Positions 24,771-32,000 of a stretch of 32,000 bases of DNA are shown here, piece by piece. Numbering within the stretch: the stretch's first letter is position 1; each line of letters starts with the position of its first letter. The position numbers were made by a program, and so were the translations under genes. Below the pieces are notes generated by a model, which saw only the letters and a program-made list of their open reading frames with translations, ran no database searches and was not told where the DNA came from. Origin of the DNA: Chlamydiota bacterium (GTDB lineage: Bacteria > Auribacterota > JACPWU01); the NCBI GenBank assembly GCA_016196885.1, contig JACPWU010000009.1, positions 8,400 through 40,399 on the forward strand, given 5' to 3'.

Positions 24771-25280
24771 ATGGATGTATTCACATATCTAAAGCGTTCT
24801 GACTTATGCAAGGGTTTTTCAGATCCAGAAATTCTGGAATTGAAAGGTTATGTAGAAATGATGAAAGTCTCTCAAGGACATGTCCTTTTCAAAAAAGGGG
24901 ATTGGTCGGATGCCCTTTACATCATTTGTAAAGGGGGGGTTGAGATTTGCATGGTGGAAGAGGGGCGCGAAGAGAAAATTACTCAACTTGAAGAAAATGC
25001 CGTTTTGGGAGAGGTGGGCCTTTTGACGGATCAGGTGAGGTCTACCACTGCGAGGGCTTTGAGGGATTCGACCCTCCTTAAAATAACGCGCGCGGTTTTT
25101 GAAAGGCTTTTGGCCGAGGGGCGTCTTGTCGCATTTAAACTGGTTTATCAGATTGCAAAAATTTTAAGTTTTCGTTTGCGCCAAATGGATCAAGCCATGG
25201 TGAAAATGATGAATCACTCACATCCTCCGCATGAAATCAATCAATTGAGGGCGAGGCTTCAGGAGGAATGGCCGTTTTAA
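24771..25280 (+). CDS. Stand-alone cyclic-nucleotide-binding domain protein
   Basis: 169 aa with a cNMP-binding fold pattern (FKKGDWSDALYIICKGGVEI ... GEVGLL ... RSTTARA). No DNA-binding HTH follows. Confidence 0.8.
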   Translation: MDVFTYLKRSDLCKGFSDPEILELKGYVEMMKVSQGHVLFKKGDWSDALYIICKGGVEICMVEEGREEKITQLEENAVLGEVGLLTDQVRSTTARALRDSTLLKITRAVFERLLAEGRLVAFKLVYQIAKILSFRLRQMDQAMVKMMNHSHPPHEINQLRARLQEEWPF

Positions 25281-25290
25281 ATAAAGCATA

Positions 25291-25370
25291 AAAATTGAGA
25301 ATGAATGATTGAAAATTGATAATGAAAGTGAAATGTCAATTTTCCATTCTCAATTATCAACTCTTTTTTT
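25291..25370. repeat. Heptamer-armed palindrome (ATTGANA/TCAATTN family) with T7 tail; terminator-like
   Basis: ATTGAGAATG (25294-25303) pairs with CATTCTCAAT (25345-25354). GAAAATTGA (25311-25319) pairs with TCAATTTTC (25336-25344), leaving one unpaired heptamer. The right arm is followed by TTTTTTT (25364-25370). Confidence 0.7.
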
Positions 25371-25390
25371 ATGACGTTAGAGACTTCGTG

Positions 25391-26233
25391 ATGGATAGAA
25401 AAATTCCTTTAAACATTTATAAAATATCCAGTCCCTGTGTGGGGACCGTGCTGGAGAACAAGAAACTCACGCAGCCGTCCAGCCCCAATGACACGCACCA
25501 TGTGGTGGTGGGCTTGGAAGGAAGCTCCTATACCTATTTAGAGGGGCAGAGTGCAGGGGTTCTTCCGGCTGGAATGGATGAAAAGGGAAAACCGCATGCG
25601 GTTCGTCTTTACTCCATTGCTTCTCATCGCAGCGGAGAAAAAGGGTATCCCTTTTCCCTCTCTTTGTGTGTGAAGCGGGTGGTCTATCAAAATCCTCAAA
25701 CGGGCCAGGAGAAAAGGGGCGTGGGTTCGAATTATACTTGCGATTTAAAGACAGGGGACTCTGTCAAACTCACGGGGCCTGTCGGAAATCGTTTTCTTTT
25801 ACCGGAGAATTTTCAAGAACATCATTTTATTTTTTTGGCCACGGGGACGGGGATTGCCCCTTTTCGAGGGATGCTCGCACATCTTTTTCAAAACCATTTC
25901 AAAAATGAAATTTGGCTTATTTTTGGAACTCCTTATAAGACGGACGTGTTGTATGAAGAGGAGTTTGGGCAATATCGATCCCATCCAAATTTTCATTTTG
26001 TGACTGCGATCAGTCGGGAAGAGAAAAATAAAGATGGTTCAAAGGTTTACGTGCAGCATCGTATCCTTGAACATCAAGCAAAATTAATTCCCTTGCTCAG
26101 AGAGACAAACACCCTCCTTTACATCTGTGGGCTGAAAGGGATGGAAAAAGGGATTCACGAGGCGATGCAAGTGATGTGCCCTCAAGAACTTTATGAGCAA
26201 GTGAGGAAGAGGATTTTGATCGAAGTCTATTAA
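25391..26233 (+). CDS. Plant-type ferredoxin-NADP+ reductase
   Basis: FAD-binding RLYSIAS, NADP-binding ATGTGIAPF, and a C-terminal aromatic residue (...IEVY stop). The track start 25316 reads through the repeat, so ATG 25391 is used. Confidence 0.88.
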   Translation: MDRKIPLNIYKISSPCVGTVLENKKLTQPSSPNDTHHVVVGLEGSSYTYLEGQSAGVLPAGMDEKGKPHAVRLYSIASHRSGEKGYPFSLSLCVKRVVYQNPQTGQEKRGVGSNYTCDLKTGDSVKLTGPVGNRFLLPENFQEHHFIFLATGTGIAPFRGMLAHLFQNHFKNEIWLIFGTPYKTDVLYEEEFGQYRSHPNFHFVTAISREEKNKDGSKVYVQHRILEHQAKLIPLLRETNTLLYICGLKGMEKGIHEAMQVMCPQELYEQVRKRILIEVY

Positions 26234-26254
26234 TTTGTTTCGAATTTCGGATTA

Positions 26255-26383
26255 GGCATATGCACTTGATTCCCCTCAGATAGCAAGAATTTGTAGTCGC
26301 CCCATTTATGGGGCAGCCTTGTGCCCCTTGCATGGATTGCCCGATGAATCGGGCGACTACTAGGGGAATCAAGTGCATATGCC
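26255..26383. mobile_element. MITE-like 129-bp element with perfect 22-bp terminal inverted repeats
   Basis: GGCATATGCACTTGATTCCCCT (26255-26276) is the exact reverse complement of AGGGGAATCAAGTGCATATGCC (26362-26383). One nucleotide outside each TIR lies a 10-bp direct repeat, ATTTCGGATT (26244-26253 and 26385-26394). There is no coding capacity. Confidence 0.7.
26293..26360 (+). repeat. REP doublet (REPIN/BIME-like), GTAG-type, with 24-nt spacer, nested in the MITE-like element
   Basis: GTAGTCGCCCCATTTATGGGGC (26293-26314), a 24-nt spacer AGCCTTGTGCCCCTTGCATGGATT, then GCCCGATGAATCGGGCGACTAC (26339-26360), which is the reverse complement of GTAGTCGCCCGATTCATCGGGC. Confidence 0.75.
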
Positions 26384-26437
26384 CATTTCGGATTTCGAGT
26401 TTCGTGTTTTTTTTGAACGTATAGCAGAAATGAATTT

Positions 26438-27082
26438 ATGCCATCCCCTTTAGGACATGCTTTGGCGAGTGCTATTTTACACAAGAAAAAGGTGCCGGGA
26501 TCTTGGTCGGGTGATTGGAAACGACTTCTTTTTCACATGTTCTGCGGCATGTCGCCCGATTTAGATTTTTTACCGGGCCTTTTTTTAGGAAATATAAGTC
26601 TTTATCATCATGGTTTTACACATAGTATTTTAGGTGCAGGCCTGATGGGCGCTTTTTTTTGGGTGGTTTATGGGTTGTGGCGGCGGGTTTGGAAGGTGAA
26701 CGATTTATTTTTTCTCATGGGGCTTGTCTCCCTGCATCCCCTCATGGATGTTTTGGCGCTGGATACAGCCTCTCCCTATGGTTGCCCTTTGGGATATCCT
26801 TTTTCCAAGGTTTCTGTGATGAGCCCCTATGTTTTTTTTCAGGATATTCATCGGGCTGGTTTGCGTAATTTTTTATTTGGAAAAAATAATCTTTTGGCTT
26901 TTGGAATTGAAGCAATTTTTTTTCTGCCCCTGATGATGGCACTTTCTTATCGAGAGGGACGAAGTCGAGGGGCATGGTTTATAGCAGTATTGATTTCTTT
27001 CTTTGTGACGGCTACGGCTTTGCGTGTGGTTAAGTGGGTGGATGGACGGGCATTGTTTATGAGCGTGTGGAGTCAAATGTGA
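26438..27082 (+). CDS. Membrane-bound metal-dependent hydrolase (YdjM/DUF457-like)
   Basis: 214 aa. N-terminal PLGHALAS histidine motif, several TM segments, and further conserved His residues (HHGFTHS). Its stop overlaps the probable prpD GTG start. Confidence 0.65.
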   Translation: MPSPLGHALASAILHKKKVPGSWSGDWKRLLFHMFCGMSPDLDFLPGLFLGNISLYHHGFTHSILGAGLMGAFFWVVYGLWRRVWKVNDLFFLMGLVSLHPLMDVLALDTASPYGCPLGYPFSKVSVMSPYVFFQDIHRAGLRNFLFGKNNLLAFGIEAIFFLPLMMALSYREGRSRGAWFIAVLISFFVTATALRVVKWVDGRALFMSVWSQM

Positions 27083-28443
27083 AACCAAATCTTGCACAAA
27101 AATTAAGTCACTACGCCTTTCGGCTTTCTTTTAATCATCTTCCCGAAGAGGTGATTCATGAGGTCAAGCGACGGCTGATGGATTCTTTGGGTTGTGCGTT
27201 GGGGGCTTTGTCCAGTGAACCGGCGAGGCGTGCTTTAAAGGTGGTGAGTCGGATTCAAGATCCTGATGGGGCGACGCTTTTGGGGACCCGACATCAGGTG
27301 AGTCCTGATTTGGCCGTTTTTTACAATGGTCTTTTGATTCGCTATTTGGATTACAACGATACCTATTTATCAAAAGAGCCAGCCCATCCGAGTGACAATT
27401 TTTCAGCGGCTCTTGCCTTGGGGGAAGGCCTTCATCGGTCGGGAAGAGATTTTATCACGGCGGTTGTCTTAGGCTATGAAATCCAGTGTCGGCTTTGTGA
27501 TGCGGCCTCCATTCGTTCTCGGGGATGGGATCATGTAACGTATGGTGCTTTCTCGAGCGCCCTCGTCGCTTCAAAACTTTTGAAGTTGAAAGAGCATCAA
27601 ATTTATCATGCTTTAAATCTTGCAGGAGTCGCCAATGTGGCACTTCGCCAAACCCGCGTCGGAGAGCTTTCGATGTGGAAGGGCTTTGCCTTTGCCAATG
27701 CCGCAAGAAATGGGGTTTTCGCGGCGCTCCTGGCCCAAGCGGGCATCACAGGGCCAGCGCCCATTTTTGAAGGTGATTTAGGTTTTTTTAAATTGGTTTC
27801 GGGGCCTTTTCAGATTCAACGCTTGGGCCATCGTCGCATCCCGTTTAAAATTCTAGACACATTCATCAAATATTTTCCTGCCGAATATCATGCCCAGAGT
27901 GCCATTGAGGCGGCTTTGGAGATTCGAAAGAAAATTTCGGATATCCATAAAATTCAGGCGATTCGTGTCAAGACTTTTCGCACAGCCATTGAAATCATTG
28001 GGGGAGAAAAAGAAAAATGGCATCCCGTATCCCGGGAAACGGCGGATCACAGCCTCCCCTTTTGTGTGGCGGTGGCCTTGATGGATGGAGAAGTGACTTT
28101 GAAGCAATTCTCCCAAAGGCGTATTCAAGATCCAGTGCTTTGCCGCCTGGTCCAAAAAGTAACCGTTGAAGAAGACATTCGTTGGACGCGTCTGTATCCA
28201 AAGGCCAATGCCGTGAGTTTGGAAGTGAAAACCAAACGGGGCATTTTTAACAGGGAATTGCTCAATGCCAAGGGGCATGCGGCCCGTCCCTTGAGTGATG
28301 ATGAAGTGGAAGAGAAATTTCGTCGCCTTTCTTCGCGTCTTCTTTTACCCAGGCAGCAGAATGCAATTCTTGATAAGATATGGGACCTTGATCAACTCAA
28401 GGATGTAGGCATTATTTTAAAGTTATTAGGAATGAAAGGATAA
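27079..28443 (+). CDS. prpD: 2-methylcitrate dehydratase (MmgE/PrpD family)
   Basis: PrpD-family sequence throughout (DSLGCALGA, YLDYNDTY, HPSDN, DHS). GTG 27079 has GGAG 6 nt upstream and forms a GTGA overlap with the upstream stop. The track ATG 27034 would overlap the hydrolase gene by 49 nt. Confidence 0.85.
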   Translation: MKPNLAQKLSHYAFRLSFNHLPEEVIHEVKRRLMDSLGCALGALSSEPARRALKVVSRIQDPDGATLLGTRHQVSPDLAVFYNGLLIRYLDYNDTYLSKEPAHPSDNFSAALALGEGLHRSGRDFITAVVLGYEIQCRLCDAASIRSRGWDHVTYGAFSSALVASKLLKLKEHQIYHALNLAGVANVALRQTRVGELSMWKGFAFANAARNGVFAALLAQAGITGPAPIFEGDLGFFKLVSGPFQIQRLGHRRIPFKILDTFIKYFPAEYHAQSAIEAALEIRKKISDIHKIQAIRVKTFRTAIEIIGGEKEKWHPVSRETADHSLPFCVAVALMDGEVTLKQFSQRRIQDPVLCRLVQKVTVEEDIRWTRLYPKANAVSLEVKTKRGIFNRELLNAKGHAARPLSDDEVEEKFRRLSSRLLLPRQQNAILDKIWDLDQLKDVGIILKLLGMKG

Positions 28444-28445
28444 AG

Positions 28446-29291
28446 ATGGAAGTTTCTTTAAAGAATCTTATTAAAAAAGAAAAAATTCTCGTTGTCCCTG
28501 GCGTCTTTAATGCTGTGACTGCCCTCATCGCTCAAAAGGCAGGCTTCCGGGCCCTTTATTTGTCGGGGGCAGGCCTTGCCAATGGCGTGCTGGGTCGTCC
28601 GGATATTGGCCTCGTGACTTTGACGGAGCTCTGTGAACAGGTCCGTTATGTCACCGATGGCGTGACCCTGCCTCTCATGGTGGATGTGGATACAGGGTTT
28701 GGAGGTCTTGAGAATATCGCCAGGATGGTGAGAGAATTAGAGCGTGCGGGCGCCTCTACCCTCCAAATGGAAGATCAAGTGGTTTCTAAAAAATGCGGGC
28801 ATTTACCCGGGAAGGAATTGATTTCAAGCGAAGAGATGGTCGAAAAAATTCGAAAAATTGTCGAGACCCGGCAGAATAAAAATTTTTCCATTGTGGCTCG
28901 AACCGATGCAAGAAGTGTAGAGGGTTTGGAGGAGGTGATCCGAAGGGCGAGGGCCTATTTGAAAGCAGGAGCCGATGCTGTTTTTCCGGAGGCCTTGGAA
29001 TCGCGGGAGGAATTTCGCCAATTTGCCAAAAAGGTGAAGGGCCTTCGCATGGCCAATATGACAGAATTTGGCAAAACCCCTTATATTTCTGTTCCAGAAT
29101 TTCAAGAATTGGGTTATCATCTCGTAATTTTTCCCATGACAGCTTTTCGAGTCATGGCCAAGGCGGTAGAGGATTGTTTCAAGATTCTAGCAAAAGAAGG
29201 TTCTCAAAAACGGCTTTTGCACAAGATGCAGACGCGCCAAGAGCTTTATGATTTGATCGGTTATCAAGATTTTGGTCATGACACACATTGA
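28446..29291 (+). CDS. prpB: Methylisocitrate lyase (isocitrate lyase/PEP mutase family)
   Basis: KKCGH active-site motif, DTGFGG, EDQV and ARTDA motifs. Confidence 0.9.
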   Translation: MEVSLKNLIKKEKILVVPGVFNAVTALIAQKAGFRALYLSGAGLANGVLGRPDIGLVTLTELCEQVRYVTDGVTLPLMVDVDTGFGGLENIARMVRELERAGASTLQMEDQVVSKKCGHLPGKELISSEEMVEKIRKIVETRQNKNFSIVARTDARSVEGLEEVIRRARAYLKAGADAVFPEALESREEFRQFAKKVKGLRMANMTEFGKTPYISVPEFQELGYHLVIFPMTAFRVMAKAVEDCFKILAKEGSQKRLLHKMQTRQELYDLIGYQDFGHDTH

Positions 29292-29318
29292 TGAGAAATC
29301 CATGTTAGGATAGATTTT

Positions 29319-30464
29319 ATGAGCGAAATCGCATTGAAATCACAGAGGTCTTACAGCCCTGGTTTGGAGGGCATTGTGGCGGGTCTTTCCGCCATTTCAG
29401 AAATTGAACCGAAAGACGAACGGCTCACGTATCGCGGCTATGATGTTCATGAGCTAAGCCAATTTTCAACTTATGAGGAAGTCGCCTATCTTTTATTGAT
29501 GGGGACTTTGCCCAATCAAAGTCAATTGCAAGTATTTTCCAAAGAGCTTGTCAAAAACCGTGAGATTCCCAAGCCCCTTCTGGAGAGCTTAAAATATTTT
29601 CCAAAGGATGCCCACCCCATGGACATGCTCCGCACCTCGGTTTCCCTTTTGAGCCTGTTTGATCCGGACCGGGAAGGGCATTCTCACGAGGCCAATTTGA
29701 AAAAGGCCATGCGCCTGATTGCAAAAATTCCTACCTTGATTGCAGCCAGTTACAGAATGTCAAAGGGGGAAATTCCTCTGGAGCCTTCCACCGATTCCTC
29801 GCATGCTCAAAATTTTCTTTACCTTCTCAAAGGCGAAAAGCCGGATCTGGACACCTCGCGTGTCTTTGACCGAACCTTGATTCTTTATGCGGAGCACGGC
29901 TTCAATGCCTCTACCTTTTCGGCTCGGGTGACGGCCTCCACGCTTTCGGATCTTTATTCTGCAGTCACCGCGGCCCTCGGGACTTTAAAGGGGTCTCTCC
30001 ATGGTGGAGCCAATGAACACGCGATGAAAATGTTGCAGGAAATTGGAGAGGTGAGTCGCGCGAAGAATTGGATCCAGGATGCACTTATCCAAAAGAAAAA
30101 AATCATGGGCTTTGGCCATCGCGAATATAAAAATGGAGACCCGCGGGCCAAGATTTTAAAACCCTTGGCCAGATCCTTGGCTGAGAAATTCAAGCAAGTG
30201 AAATGGGCCGACATCTCTGATATCTTGGAAGAAATCATGCTCAGAGAGAAAAAGCTTTATCCCAATGTAGATTTTCCGGCTGCAGTGGTCTATTATGTCT
30301 TAGGTCTTCCGATCGAAATTTACACCCCCATTTTTGCCTTGGCCCGCATCGCGGGCTGGTCCGCCCATGTGATTGAACAATTGGATCAGAATCGCTTGAT
30401 CCGGCCGGAGTGTGAATACACGGGTCCCCGGGATTTGAAATATATTCCGGTGGAGGCGAGATAG
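29319..30464 (+). CDS. prpC: 2-methylcitrate synthase / citrate synthase family
   Basis: Citrate synthase signature GFGHREYKNGDPRA and HGGANE. It is clustered with prpD and prpB. Confidence 0.9.
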   Translation: MSEIALKSQRSYSPGLEGIVAGLSAISEIEPKDERLTYRGYDVHELSQFSTYEEVAYLLLMGTLPNQSQLQVFSKELVKNREIPKPLLESLKYFPKDAHPMDMLRTSVSLLSLFDPDREGHSHEANLKKAMRLIAKIPTLIAASYRMSKGEIPLEPSTDSSHAQNFLYLLKGEKPDLDTSRVFDRTLILYAEHGFNASTFSARVTASTLSDLYSAVTAALGTLKGSLHGGANEHAMKMLQEIGEVSRAKNWIQDALIQKKKIMGFGHREYKNGDPRAKILKPLARSLAEKFKQVKWADISDILEEIMLREKKLYPNVDFPAAVVYYVLGLPIEIYTPIFALARIAGWSAHVIEQLDQNRLIRPECEYTGPRDLKYIPVEAR

Positions 30465-30469
30465 AAAAA

Positions 30470-30547
30470 CAATCGATAGTCCATAGTCGACAGTCGATCG
30501 TTTTAAGCGGTTTTTTATCTATGGACTGTGGACCATTGACTGTTGAC
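30470..30547. repeat. Heptamer-armed palindromic element, TAGTCNA/CTNTGGA family, core in inverted orientation
   Basis: Left arm is CAATCGA TAGTCCA TAGTCGA CAGTCGA TCG. Core is TTTTAAGCGGTTTTTTAT, whose reverse complement is ATAAAAAACCGCTTAAAA. Right arm is CTATGGA CTGTGGA CCATTGA CTGTTGA C. It shares the exact heptamers CTATGGA and CTGTTGA with 24674-24753. Confidence 0.85.
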
Positions 30548-30564
30548 TTTCAATTGTTATCACC

Positions 30565-31458
30565 ATGAAAATTCTCCTCAGCGGTTCCAGCGGTTTTATC
30601 GGATCTCGCTTGGTGGCTGATCTCTCAAGAGCGAATCATGCGGTTTCATGTTTGGTTCGTCATAGACCAGGCCCAGACCAAATTTTTTGGAATCCCCCTT
30701 CTTATCAACTCAATGCCTCTCATATCGAGGGCTTCGATGCGGTGATTCACCTGGCCGGTGAAAACATTGCTACCCAGAGATGGACGGCCGAGAAGAAAAA
30801 GAGAATTCGAGAGAGCCGTGTGGAAGGGACGCACTTTCTTTGCGAAACACTCCAGAAACTTTCGAAGCCTCCTCAAGTTCTCATCTCGGCTTCAGCGATT
30901 GGTTTTTATGGTGATCGAGGGAGTGAAATTTTAAAGGAAGAAAGTTCGGTGGGGAGAGGCTTCCTATCTGAAGTTTGTCAGGCCTGGGAACAGGCGGCAG
31001 ATCCTGCGAGAAAAAAGGGCATTCGGGTTGTCCATTTGAGATTCGCAGTGGTGCTCGATATTCACGGGGGTGCGCTCGTCAAAATGCTTCTTCCGTTTCG
31101 TTTGGGTCTGGGTGGGAAAGTGGGAAGGGGTGATCAATACATGAGTTGGATTTCTCTGAAGGATTTGGCGGCCGTCGTTCTTTATGTTTTAAACCACGAT
31201 TCCCTGAAAGGCCCTGTCAATGTGGTTTCTCCCTTGGCTGTCACCCATCTTGAATTCACGAAAACCTTGGGAAAAGTGCTTCATCGTCCCACTGTTTTTC
31301 CGATGCCTGCTTTTCTGGCCCGACTGATTTTTGGAGAATTGGCGGATGCACTGCTTTTGGCGAGCACACGCGTGATCCCAGAAAAACTCCTCGCCAACGG
31401 TTTTCAATTTCAATATCCCCAGCTTGAAATGGCCCTGAAGGATTTGCTGCAATCATGA
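30565..31458 (+). CDS. TIGR01777-family NAD-dependent epimerase/dehydratase-like protein (SDR fold + DUF1731 C-terminus)
   Basis: N-terminal Rossmann GSSGFIGSRL. Length and C-terminal pattern (GFQFQYPQLEMAL) are typical of YfcH-like proteins. Confidence 0.8.
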   Translation: MKILLSGSSGFIGSRLVADLSRANHAVSCLVRHRPGPDQIFWNPPSYQLNASHIEGFDAVIHLAGENIATQRWTAEKKKRIRESRVEGTHFLCETLQKLSKPPQVLISASAIGFYGDRGSEILKEESSVGRGFLSEVCQAWEQAADPARKKGIRVVHLRFAVVLDIHGGALVKMLLPFRLGLGGKVGRGDQYMSWISLKDLAAVVLYVLNHDSLKGPVNVVSPLAVTHLEFTKTLGKVLHRPTVFPMPAFLARLIFGELADALLLASTRVIPEKLLANGFQFQYPQLEMALKDLLQS

Positions 31459-31847
31459 TCGGCATTGACATTATTGACATGTCTCGAGCGAAATCTATTT
31501 ACGAAACTTACGAGAGTCGTCTCTCTCGATATCTTTCCCCTGGGGAACTTCATTATATTCGCCGCAGTCGCTCTAGACCCAGGGCCCTGGGCGAAATCCT
31601 GGCCCTGAAAGAGGCGGTTTTCAAAGCCTTGGAGATACCCTGGTTTGGCTTGGCCGGATGGAAAAAAATCGCCTTAAAAGCCCAGGGCAAAGGTCGCTTC
31701 GCCGCCTGCTTACAGGGGAGCTTGGCAAGAAGTTCTTCAGGAAAGAAGATTTTCCTGAATGTTGCTGCTACTCCAGAATTCATTTTGGCCAGGGCCATGC
31801 TCGTAAGCTCTGGTAGGGACGAAACGGGGGTCCAGGCCGCGATGTGA
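31455..31847 (+). CDS. 4'-phosphopantetheinyl transferase (AcpS-like holo-ACP synthase)
   Basis: IGIDIIDM N-terminus and LALKEAVFKAL motif, typical of the AcpS family. ATGA overlap with the preceding gene. Confidence 0.7.
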   Translation: MIGIDIIDMSRAKSIYETYESRLSRYLSPGELHYIRRSRSRPRALGEILALKEAVFKALEIPWFGLAGWKKIALKAQGKGRFAACLQGSLARSSSGKKIFLNVAATPEFILARAMLVSSGRDETGVQAAM

Positions 31848-31917
31848 TTTTGCATTAATCCGCATTTCATCTGAAAATAGTCTTTACTCATTCTTATACA
31901 ATAAGTTATGATGAATT

Positions 31918-31962
31918 GTAGTCGCCCGATTCATCGGGCAGCCCCATAAATGGGGCGACTAC
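31918..31962 (-). repeat. REP doublet (REPIN-like), GTAG-type, 1-nt spacer; inverted relative to the 26.3-kb copy
   Basis: GTAGTCGCCCGATTCATCGGGC-A-GCCCCATAAATGGGGCGACTAC. Its reverse complement equals 26293-26360 minus 23 nt of spacer. Confidence 0.8.
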
Positions 31963-32000
31963 AAGGGTGATTTTCATCCCCCTTTGTGACTGAAAGTCAT

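Larger units (their letters stand above)
26238..26414. repeat. TTTCGNN heptamer array split by an insertion
   Basis: TTTCGAA TTTCGGA TT (26238-26253), then the insert, then TTTCGGA TTTCGAG TTTCGTG followed by T8 (26386-26414). Removing the insert and one ATTTCGGATT copy restores a 4-heptamer arm plus a homopolymer, like the other elements. Confidence 0.7.

Noticed and set aside
25316-25390. Upstream extension of the FNR ORF (MIMKVKCQFSILNYQLFFYDVRDFV)
   Set aside because: It reads through the heptamer palindrome and its T7 tract. FNR homology begins after ATG 25391.
26293-26360. tRNA-like or small structured RNA gene (closing stem plus two internal hairpins)
   Set aside because: There are no D/T-loop or anticodon features. 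The element is a pair of inverted GTAG palindromes that recurs with a different spacer, which fits a REP doublet better.
27034-27078. ATG 27034 as the prpD start
   Set aside because: It would overlap the hydrolase gene by 49 nt and lacks a properly spaced SD. GTG 27079 has GGAG at 6 nt and a GTGA junction. It remains a possible alternative.

Overview
Chromosomal, housekeeping-dominated window from a diderm bacterium. I saw no rRNA, tRNA, CRISPR array, transposase or recombinase. There are 29 well-supported CDS, nearly all on the + strand. In order: tlyA; msrA (possibly secreted); a convergent ECF sigma/anti-sigma pair; mfd plus a surA-like PPIase; pdxA; an inserted AAA-ATPase/PD-(D/E)xK gene; ksgA; gatCAB; accD-folC; rnc (-); a tolC-like/macA-like/macB-like (ATPase + permease) efflux module; a DUF1570-like HExxH protein (-); gdh; a cNMP-binding protein; a plant-type FNR; a membrane hydrolase coupled to prpD-prpB-prpC; a TIGR01777 epimerase; and an AcpS-like PPTase. 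The unusual content is non-coding. (i) Eleven intergenic loci carry heptamer arrays. The full copies are ~75-85 bp palindromes whose arms are about four tandem heptamers. Arm sequence differs between loci (AGCGTAC, GTCGTGA, CAGTCCA/CTATGGA, TTCGTCG, ATTGAGA, TTTCGGA; one locus uses an 8-mer, ATGTGCCA). Most arms flank a shared core made of an A-tract followed by (C)CTT(A)TAAAC. (ii) The two macB genes are bracketed by ~68-bp inverted repeats. Their internal hairpins covary, and a 61-bp perfect palindrome lies just upstream. (iii) A 129-bp MITE-like element with 22-bp TIRs sits inside a heptamer array and carries a GTAG-type REP doublet (REPIN-like). A second doublet lies at the window end. (iv) An ATPase-nuclease gene with a 293-bp repeat-bearing leader interrupts the conserved surA-pdxA-ksgA cluster. 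All functional interpretations of the repeats are inference. I cannot run searches, folding or statistics here.
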